Of a stretch of 64,000 nt of DNA, positions 36,749 to 45,736 are shown in pieces; positions within the stretch are counted from its first letter, which is position 1; every line of letters starts with the position of its first letter. The stretch covers positions 1,178,001 through 1,242,000 of the forward strand of contig JBLWGC010000230.1 in assembly GCA_048772705.1 (NCBI GenBank), given 5' to 3'. Made by a program: the position numbers and the translations under genes. This DNA is from Leidyana gryllorum EB-2025a. Its lineage: Eukaryota; Protista; Apicomplexa. The notes beneath the pieces were generated by a model. It was given only the letters and a program-made list of their open reading frames with translations. It searched no databases and had not been told where the DNA came from.

Positions 36749-38051
36749 ATGAATCGCTATGGCTCGTCCAAAGCATCGGCGGCTTCGGCCGTCAAACAAA
36801 GTGGAGTCAGTCGCAGTGGTACGACATGATGTCTAGTTCGCTTCAATGCTATCTCCCCCCGCAATTTAGCCGCTCCTCCAGTGATTCGGACCTTGCCGAT
36901 CCTGAAGAATGTGACCAGGCAGCCTCTGTTCAAGAAGCTCCCTGCCAGGCAGGGTTGGATTAGAATATACTCTTATCTCAGTGTACCAGACCTGGTGCGG
37001 TGGAGTAAAGTCTGCAAATTGACTTATGCTCATGTCCATGTATGCGGGCTGCGGTTGATCACACGTATCCAGGCAACGCGTACGTACACGACCAACTTTG
37101 ATTTCTGTGAGCACTATGATGGGTAGTGAATAGTTACGAAATCGTTAGGGTCCTATGTGATGAGTGTCGTCTTGACTGGTCCGCGTGAGTGACATTTGTT
37201 GAGATGTCGGCAGTGGTGAACATTTTTCGCAGACGAGCTTCAGCCTCTGGATCGGTCATCCTACAAGCCAGTAGCCACTGAATTGGCTAAGCTACTTAGG
37301 GTTCATGTGGCTCACAGGAGCAGTTCAATGGCATCTGGGGGTGTCGGCATGGGGAATCAAGTGTGGTCGAGATGTTGGCTGTCATTCGATGCGTTGCTTC
37401 CGAAACACATTGGGTCGTGTGACAAGCGACAGGTGTCGAGGCACAAGCGAGGGCCTACTTTGCTGTGAGTATTGGCATACTGATTTTCAGAGGTATACTT
37501 TTTTGGATGCAGGAAAGGGTCTGAGCGTGGAACGACGACATGCGAGCCGTTGACGTTCGCCAATCTGTTGCAGGAGGTTGCCAAGCGCAAAGGGAATGTG
37601 CTGCCGAGAGATGAGGGACGGAGTGGAGATATAACCTTTCGAGCCGCTGGGCGGCATGCGAACGGATTGCTGAGTGTCTACTTGTTCGAAGTATATCTGA
37701 GAGCCCTGAGAAACCTGATTGTCAACAAGCACCACGTGAGGCTGTTTTGCTTTATGACGTGATAGAGTGAGTCTTTGCTCCTGTCAGGGCCAAATGATTA
37801 TGCGGAAAGTGGAATATTTGAGAAACTCTGGAATTCATTTGCAGCATTGCATATGGCTTCAAGTGGCAATGGGTTGGCCTGGGGAAGAGTCAACAGCAGT
37901 TACAGAACAGAGTGGAAGCTCAATGAGAGGAAGACGAGGTTTAGGTGGCGCTAAAGCCAGTACTAGCGAAGATATTCTCCGAGCCACGGTGGACGGATTT
38001 GCGAAAAAAATCCACTTGACGATTCTAGACCATTTCGAGTGGGCAGAATGA
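36749..38051 (+). CDS. F-box-containing protein, multi-exon
   Basis: LPARQGWIRIYSYLSVPDLVRWSKVCK is F-box-like. A phase-consistent last intron (37736-37787) leads to the exon ending ..DHFEWAE* at 38051. Confidence 0.6.
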
Positions 38052-39250
38052 AATACGCTCAGCTTGTTATTGGGCCGGCTGGGTGCGGGAAGGTGAGTAG
38101 TTGGTAGGCCCCGTGCGAAATAAATACCATCCGGAATGCGCAGAGCACATACTGCCATGTGATGCAAGAACATTGCAAGACGGTTGGTCGGACTTGCCGA
38201 GTTATCAATATGGATCCGGCTGCAGAGCATTTCAAGTACGAATGCTATATGGGTATGTTCTTGCTGTAGCGTGTGGGCGTTGAGGGCCATTCATCGTGCA
38301 GATATCCGCGAGTTGATCAGCGTTGAAGATGTGATGGGGCACCTAGATTACGGGCCGAACGGCGCTTTGATGTTCGCGATGGAGTACGTTCTGAAGAAAC
38401 TTGATTGGCTCGAGGAGCACTTTGATATATTTGGAGACGATGATTTCATCCTCATTGACTGCCCAGGGCAAATCGAGTTATACACGCACAATCCCGTGAT
38501 GCGCTCGTTTCTTCAGCAACTTGAACGATGGGATTATCGGGTAGTCGGTAAGTATGGGTAAAACAAATCGGAGCATGCACGGCAATCAAAAGTTCACCTC
38601 ACCCAAGGCCGAACGCGCGCACGTTTGTGCTGTGGTTGCCACAGAGTACGGCGTTCAATTCCGTTCGCAGGCTAATAATGGCCTTGCGGTACCGTTATAT
38701 AAATGAATGATATGTATCGTTTGTACGATTTGTGCGCATTATTAATGGCAGGTTGAACCCCAATCATCTCTTGATTTTCAGGCATTTACTGCATGGACAC
38801 ATCGTTCGTGACGGACACATCCAAATTTCTGGCGGGAGCAATGTCAGCATTATCGTCGATGGTGATGTTGGAGGTGCCTTACATGAATGTGCTGACCAAG
38901 TTCGATCTTCTGAACAAGGAAGATCAGACGGCCGTCGAAGAGTGAGTTGATATAAATTTAATTGCGAATGGTGTGATGCCACCATCCATTTTAACAGATT
39001 ACTAGAAAAATCGCCCTGTGAGCTGACGTCCGAAATCAAGACCACGTTGCCCGATCGTTATAAACGTCTGAACGAGGCATTGATTGGACTCCTGGAGGAA
39101 TGGTCGATGGTGTCGTTTGCGGTACTGAATATTGAAGACGAGGAATCGATCGAACATGTTCTTCTGCTCGCTGATAATGCCATTCAGTATGGAGAGAACC
39201 AGGAACCGAATGACAAGTTTGATTTCGGCGCAGATGAAACGGCGGAATAA
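38048..39250 (+). CDS. GPN3: GPN-loop GTPase 3
   Basis: [15 protein letters not shown]|[43 protein letters not shown] and IQYGE. Confidence 0.93.
38548..38781 (+). other. Long (234 nt) structured intron in GPN3; candidate intronic ncRNA
   Basis: GTAAGT..TTTCAG boundaries restore the frame VVG|IYCMD, and the intron contains multiple nested complementary segments (see findings). Confidence 0.4.
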
Positions 39251-39940
39251 GGATTTTTTCGAACAATATAGCGTCTTCGTTCCAAAACTTGCCAATTCGA
39301 AAGCTGGAAACTTTCGAATTGACCACACTTATTAAATAGGCACGTTACGATCACAATCACCATACCAACTTATTCCTTCAGCTGCCGTGATGCTTGATAG
39401 AAAGCATGTCGGGCAGCTGCGGGATTTTGAAAAGATCATCAGAGAGGTGTGAAGCAGGAATCTACTGCACGACGACATTTGCACCGAAAATCTGTGTAAA
39501 GTTGCGCCAAACTTGGGGCGACGCGGCCGATCGGCAGGCGGAGGCCACGCAATACATCACGAACATTTAGATCTTCTGGTGACTACGTGTGATGGCAAAA
39601 CAGACAGACCCGTCGTCACTGTCTCCGAGACTTATTGTGACCAAACCAACGAGCGAAAACTAAGATAACAATTGGTGCTGCACAGTGTGGTTGTCAGCCA
39701 CCACCCGCGGAACCGTATATGGATGGTGGGGTCTGTATGTATGTGTGTGTGTGTAATATGTGTGGAGTGGTGGTATAGTATATTACTTGATACCGCCGCC
39801 ATCATCATCGTCTTTCCAGCTAAGAGTGACTCGGGAGGAGATTTTTCTCGCACCCCTCATCCCAGCAGAGATGGGGATCGACAAAGATGAACGGACGGTA
39901 TTGCGAGAGGGGAGAGCTCGGACAGATTGAATTGAGCTTT

Positions 39941-40478
39941 CTAGGCCGTAGTGTTCACACTATACGGCGAGATGAGTATTATGGTGTCGCCTCGCACGAA
40001 CAACATATCAACTTGACGCTCATTTGGCTTTTGGAGGTAATTTTGATTGAGCGACTGTTGGAGGGTCCGTCCTTACTGTCATTTGTTCCATGCCTGTTTG
40101 GCTGTCGAGGGACCGCGTTAGGAGAGTTTCAGTGACTCCTCCGAGGATTAGATTCATGTGTTGGTCGTAAGCCTGCGAAGGTGAGGTGATTGAAGAGTGG
40201 GCACAGAGTGGGAGACGCCAGTTTTGCGGGAAATTGTCGCCTTTACTTGGACTTACGTGAAGCTTCCCAATCAGTTCGCGATCACCCTTACACTTGATGA
40301 CAACCTTTTGGTCGAGACTCAGTTTGATGAGGTCCAATGGCTCTGTAGGAAGGGAGAGAAAGTGATTGAAGAGAACGGCGAAGCAATCTGATGATAGATG
40401 TATACATCCCTAATTCCCTGACTTCTCGGGAACAGAGCCACAGAGACAATAAACAAGGTCCAGACTGGGATGTACCAT
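39941..40478 (-). CDS. LSM3: U6 snRNA-associated Sm-like protein LSm3 (start exon uncertain)
   Basis: PLDLIKLSLDQKVVIKCKGDRELIGKLH|AYDQHMNLILGGVTET and MLFVRGDTIILISP. Confidence 0.88.
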
Positions 40479-40712
40479 ATAAACACAGGCGACACGAAGC
40501 ACACGCTCTTCTCAGACTGCCTCTTTCTCTCTTTCGCTCGCTGTTGACTGCGGCGTGGGGCTGCAGTGCGTGCCTCTCTGCTGGCTGGCTGGGTGTGTGT
40601 CTCTCTTGGTTGAAGAGAGTTCCCAGCTGGTAGTGGAGTCCAGCAGTCGTGGTCGCGGCGAAGGGAGGTTGGGTGGGGCAGAGACGTTTCATCCGAGGTG
40701 CGTTTCAGTCTT

Positions 40713-41590
40713 TCAGAAACCTTTAAGCCCTTGTTGTGTTGGAGGAAGAGGCGTCTTGTTGGACAGGCGTATCTTCTCGAGTGGTGGGGCTGAGATCTCA
40801 TAGTGAATCTCCAGCGGAGTGTCGCTAAACGTCAGGACGATCTGTTGTTTATTGTCCTCGATTGTCGCCCAGTCGATGGGTAGCGTTTCACGGGCACCGA
40901 CAGTAATAAGCGGTAGTTGTGAAGGGACGACGGTGAGACGAGTTGTGTGTGGAAAGCGGGTCAGATATACACAACGATTCGCGCCATTGGGACTTTTGGA
41001 TGCTTTCGTGCGCTGTTGTCGCGCCTCGGTCAAGAAGTCCCAAGTGAGAAATCGGAGAGAGGAAATTACTCTCATCCTAAGCAGCAGTAAAGCGTCCCTC
41101 AACATCATTTTCTACTAACTTGCGCACTCGTGATTGATAAATAAACGATTGGGGCGTAGACGCAATCGTAATCGTAGCCGTAACAGAAGTAAATGGGTCT
41201 GTCGTTGACAATATGCAATAAGCAATTGTGCTCTGGGATTGAAAGACAGAGAGTGTATGTGTGTGTATCAATCCTGGGGGTAGCGTTTAGGGCTCCCACA
41301 ACTTTGGCACATTGGAAATAAAATTCGGTCTTCGGTGGGGCGCGAGAGATCTCGCGTCTCATCTTGTCAGTGAGTCGGAAGCTCTCAGCCGCCGTGATAG
41401 GAGATTAGGTCGGCCGAGAGATCCAAAGGAAAACTTTTCCGTTTCACCCGCTGTAACATCAACCTTGGCGCCCGAATAGGAGGAGGGAGAGAGACGGTTG
41501 ATAGTGTAATATGTCTTGTTGAATACTTGGCTGACGGCGGCTCTCAACTCAATTATCATCAAGTCCTCTTGAATAAAAAGTTCGAACTGT
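40713..41590 (-). CDS. Hypothetical multi-exon protein (boundaries approximate)
   Basis: Consecutive minus-strand ORF pieces (41359-41622, 41105-41362, 40713-41108) are separated by intron-like stretches, with no recognised domain. Confidence 0.35.
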
Positions 41591-42748
41591 GGAGGAGGGA
41601 ATAGATATCTCGAATTTGTCAATTAGACTCGCAATACTACTCGGAATCGGTCTCCCGCCACTCGTTCATTGCTCGAGACACACTCACTCTTGGACCTTGC
41701 CGCCTTGACACACTTGTTTGTCTTGTTAGAGGCAAGAGTGGAAACAGCTTGGGAGCGAGCAGTACTTCATAATAACAACTACTACTTGGTGGTCGCAGAA
41801 GGAGAGAAATCACTTAGGGGTTGATCGATCGTTGTCAACGTCAAGCGCAGCAGCCGCCACCACCGAGAGAAAGGAGAGAGAAGGGACCGACTTGCAGCAA
41901 GAAGGGAACTCACCATTGATATGAGAAATAGGCATTTCGAGAGTTTTTTCCAATGGAAGTAGTGAGAAGTGAAGTTCCTCTTGAGAATCGAGCCCTCAAA
42001 AGAACAGGAAAAATATCTGGGATTTCACCATCCCCCTTTTCTTCGGTGCGGCGTCGTTTCGAGTCGTTCAGATAGAGACAGAGGGGGAGAGAAGACACAA
42101 AGAGAAAGAGTTGAATGCCGCGGAACCGCAAAGGAGAGAATGGGTTGTTTAGTCACTGTGGTGTGTGGAGATGTCCTTTACATTATGATAACAGCCGCAG
42201 AACGTAGGCAAGTGTGCGCGTGTGACAGAGAACGTGTGTGAGAAGAGAGTGTTCATATTGTAACGGGGGGCAAGATTCTTTTCACGTTCTGCTGAGACAA
42301 CCAGACAGGAACGGTCGGACGGACAGGCAGACAGTCAGTTGTAATACGGTCAATCAGAAGAATGAATTGTGACGTCATCGCTCTTGTAGCTTCATCTTGC
42401 CTGCTGATCGGTCGATACACAGTCGCTCCTCCAGGATGGGCGTCGCTCATTAGTATATATATGAAGGGTATGCAGTGACGCGCTTCAAGAGGGGGGGGAG
42501 AACAATGGGCAATTGAGCGCACAGGGTACCAGGCAGGACCCTCAAGGTCACAGCGGGTTGCTTCGGTGATAACTAGCAGAGTGGGAATAGGTTCGACAAC
42601 CATCCCAACTTGTGTACGTAATTATATATGATTAACAGGGGGATCCAGCGTCGGTATTACGTGTCATCTTGTGTGTGTGTGTGTATCATCGTGTGTGGAT
42701 TACACAGGTGCGTAAGTCCGTACATCCTGAACTAATGGTGGTGGTACG

Positions 42749-43312
42749 TCAACATACCGACAAACTGAAGTCGCAGGCCTCCAAGTGAGTCTGGAGTTTC
42801 GAAGCGCGCAGCAGTTGGCCAAGATAAGGCAGCGCAGGTATAGAAGAAGTAGATCCCCCAGCCGCAGAAGCACACGTCGAAGTGGTCGCGCACGTATTTT
42901 GCCGGTTCAATCGACGTTTCCCAGGTTGCACACTATTCGTCATCGGCCGACTTGTGTGTGGGGGTATCATGATACAGTGACGGCGGCCGCCAAACGGACC
43001 CACTCGCAGGTATTCCAGAATAGCTTCTGGATCTGCCCGCGGGGACCGCGGACCCCCACCGCCGCCAAGCGACCGACCGGATCGCGAACCAGACGAAACA
43101 GAAGGAGCCGGTTCACGCCCCGCCAATGATGATATGCGCCGAAATGAAGGCCTGCATTCCGACACATTTACGGCAACGCATTTTACCAACCTGCTTTGAT
43201 ATCCATTCGAAGATGCTCGTGTTACAATGCTTGTCGAAGTACATGCAGATGAAGGGATGTACGATCCCTGATCATCATCAGTGGAAGAAGTGAAATCAGT
43301 TGACGAGAGCAT
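42749..43312 (-). CDS. Ser/Arg-rich hypothetical protein
   Basis: Open frame 42749-43360 with low-complexity content; likely ATG at about 43312 (MLSSTDF). Confidence 0.4.
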   Translation of the reverse strand: MLSSTDFTSSTDDDQGSYIPSSACTSTSIVTRASSNGYQSRLVKCVAVNVSECRPSFRRISSLAGREPAPSVSSGSRSGRSLGGGGGPRSPRADPEAILEYLRVGPFGGRRHCIMIPPHTSRPMTNSVQPGKRRLNRQNTCATTSTCASAAGGSTSSIPALPYLGQLLRASKLQTHLEACDFSLSVC

Positions 43313-43343
43313 GTGATGTAGTAAATGTGTTATGTAGAAAAAG

Positions 43344-44756
43344 ATGCGCACCACCAGCAACCAGCAATGGCGATTCGTCTTTGCCGCTAATCCGCTTGAA
43401 TCTCAGACCTATTCTATCATCAGACCAGTCCTCCTAGCTGCTAGTCGCGAGTCAGTCGATCAAAGCCATGCAGTCACCGTCGAGGAATCATATACCTTTG
43501 ACTCCAGCACCCCGGGCTGGCCCAAAGGCGCCCCCCCCCTCTCGATGACCATCGACCAACGCACTGGCCAGATCAATGTCTGTCTCGGACCAGCTGCGAC
43601 CGACCTCCCAATGGCTCGCTCTCCCGCTGCAGTCAGGAAAGTCCCGCCCAAGTACCCTCCAGCCCCTGTCAATCCTGACAAAATCCTCCCACCGCCATAC
43701 CCCAAGGCTACCCGACAAGAAGTCCTAAGTCCAGCAGGAGTGGCCATTCGAACCCCCCACGGGACAGATTTCGTCCCAGCGGGATCTATGCGAACTCCAG
43801 GAAACTCCATATGGACGCCCAAAGGCACCAGCTACTCTCCAGGTGGCACTTGTTACTGGCCCATCGGCACTCGATTTGAGGCAGATGGATCAGCTGTCAC
43901 TCCTGCCGGTACCATCTATACTCCAGGCGGTATCGGCTACGGAGTGGGTGGCCACATCTATACTCCACGAGGCACTGCCTACTCTCCATCGGGACTCGCT
44001 CGCACCAGTTGGGGTGGGACCTTTCCTTACAAAATGATCGACACCCCTTCCCCAAATGTCCCCGACTTTGATCCCAACGAACCAATGATCACAACAGCCA
44101 ACGCTCAGAGAGCTTACCACAATCATCCCTCCCACAGGCGTCCTGTTGACCCTCTGACACACTCGCGGTATTTGACCGCTGGTCCACCACAGCCGCAGGT
44201 TCAGAGCCCCACCGATTCATCAGTAGCCATACAGTCGAACGCGGCCGCCCCAGTCGACAGTCAAAGGGCCAGCGTCTCCACCCAGGCGACATCGCAGGAT
44301 GTTCCTACGGAAGACAACGCACACCGGGGACGCTCTCTTGAGGGGAAGACGGAGAAAGAGAGAAAGCGATCGAAGAGGCACGTCAAGAAGCGATCTGGCC
44401 TCCCTGAGATCCCAGTGATACCAGCCGCCCCAGAGGTGTTCGCTCCAACCTATCCCCTCACATCTCCCTTCAACAAACCCTTAGCCAGTCCCGGTCTCGC
44501 CAATGTCACTGAGACTCAGCCGGCGATCCACGTGGGAAACTATAACTACATTCATCGCAAACAGCTCCCTCGCTACAGTCCAGTGTACCCTCAGATTGGG
44601 CCTGTGCATAGTCCAGAACCCGTGATGCATCTGGCGGACGAGATTGCCTATTGGCCACCACCCGAGCCACCGGCATCTTCAACACGACCTTCTCATCCCC
44701 TCTACACCCACAGTGCGATGCTGAAACCGAGGGCACCGACCCCAATGATGAATTAG
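43344..44756 (+). CDS. Pro-rich protein with an internal (Y/W/R)-(T/S)-P-x-G repeat array; intronless
   Basis: 470-aa ORF with repeats RTPHGT, RTPGN, WTPKGT, YSPGGT, YWPIGT, VTPAGT, YTPGG, YTPRGT and YSPSG. Confidence 0.7.
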   Translation: MRTTSNQQWRFVFAANPLESQTYSIIRPVLLAASRESVDQSHAVTVEESYTFDSSTPGWPKGAPPLSMTIDQRTGQINVCLGPAATDLPMARSPAAVRKVPPKYPPAPVNPDKILPPPYPKATRQEVLSPAGVAIRTPHGTDFVPAGSMRTPGNSIWTPKGTSYSPGGTCYWPIGTRFEADGSAVTPAGTIYTPGGIGYGVGGHIYTPRGTAYSPSGLARTSWGGTFPYKMIDTPSPNVPDFDPNEPMITTANAQRAYHNHPSHRRPVDPLTHSRYLTAGPPQPQVQSPTDSSVAIQSNAAAPVDSQRASVSTQATSQDVPTEDNAHRGRSLEGKTEKERKRSKRHVKKRSGLPEIPVIPAAPEVFAPTYPLTSPFNKPLASPGLANVTETQPAIHVGNYNYIHRKQLPRYSPVYPQIGPVHSPEPVMHLADEIAYWPPPEPPASSTRPSHPLYTHSAMLKPRAPTPMMN

Positions 44757-44912
44757 AAAGTCGAACGAGAAGAAGAGTAGATTCCCCATTCACCACCATA
44801 TGCGGTGCTTTGGTCGATTTTGGATGTGTATCTTCACCAATGAATGTAGTGATAAGATGTTAACAATGAATGGAATGTGTTTGGTATAACTGCCATTTCT
44901 CGCTCTCTGTCT

Positions 44913-45722
44913 CTATGATTCATTGGCAGCAAAGGCATCAAGGAGCTCCAAGGTGTGATTTGGACCAGTGACGGGATGTACGTGAGTCACTCGTGGATCA
45001 ATGGAAATGGCGTAATCATTGCCGCCGGGATGGCATCTATCTCCAAAAAAGTGGATCTCATCATAATCTTCAGCTTTAATAACATTGAATATGAACGATT
45101 TGTTCCAGCCTTTGGGACCAATATCGATACTGATCTGTCCTCCAACGCTAAACTCGAGTCCCAGACTTTCGCCGAACTCTTCTCGAAGCTGAGTAGCCAA
45201 AGGGCCGCGTATGTCTTTGACCTCGCGTTCGTACTTGGCAAATTCCTCGCGTTCAGAGACACTGCACGATCTGCCAATGGGCGAAATGTTCAGATTCGCA
45301 GTCCTCAGCTCGATGAAATTGCCACGTTTCGTTGGCAATCTCACTTGACTGAACAATTCCAGTATCCGATTTACCATCTTCTCGTAATTGCACTCTCCAA
45401 CATGGCTCAGAAAGCTGGCCTCGTGCAACGTCTCCATCCCCTTCTCATTCTGCCCCGCACCGTAGGCCATCAAACCGTTCTCGAAGAAGGCGTAGTTGAG
45501 CAGAGGGCTCTCGGGGTGTTGAGACGTCAGAAACAAGTCCTCTTGACATTCTAAGCCAAACTGCCCACACACCTTGGAGGCTTGCGACCCACTAACGATT
45601 GCTGTAGTAACATTCGGTCGACTCTGAAGTGCTCGGAGATGTGTCAAAATCTCTGGGAACACAGGCCGTGTAGATAGACTGAGGGTGCCGTCAACATCAA
45701 ACACGAGAAGAATTCGTCGCAT
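44913..45722 (-). CDS. PMM: Eukaryotic phosphomannomutase (HAD family); intronless
   Basis: FDVDGTL, FFENGL, KRGNFIELR, NISPIGR, GGQISID and FFGD..GGND. Confidence 0.95.
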   Translation of the reverse strand: MRRILLVFDVDGTLSLSTRPVFPEILTHLRALQSRPNVTTAIVSGSQASKVCGQFGLECQEDLFLTSQHPESPLLNYAFFENGLMAYGAGQNEKGMETLHEASFLSHVGECNYEKMVNRILELFSQVRLPTKRGNFIELRTANLNISPIGRSCSVSEREEFAKYEREVKDIRGPLATQLREEFGESLGLEFSVGGQISIDIGPKGWNKSFIFNVIKAEDYDEIHFFGDRCHPGGNDYAISIDPRVTHVHPVTGPNHTLELLDAFAANES

Positions 45723-45736
45723 CGAATTATTTTCAC

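Noticed and set aside
38605-38675. tRNA-Gly(GCC)-like segment (TTGCCAC, GTTCAATTCC)
   Set aside because: Anticodon and T stems do not pair canonically and there is no D-arm or A-box. Kept only as part of the structured-intron finding.
41700-42740. About 1 kb of purine- and TG-rich sequence without a convincing ORF
   Set aside because: Most likely UTR or promoter DNA. No RNA-gene motifs or terminal repeats were seen.
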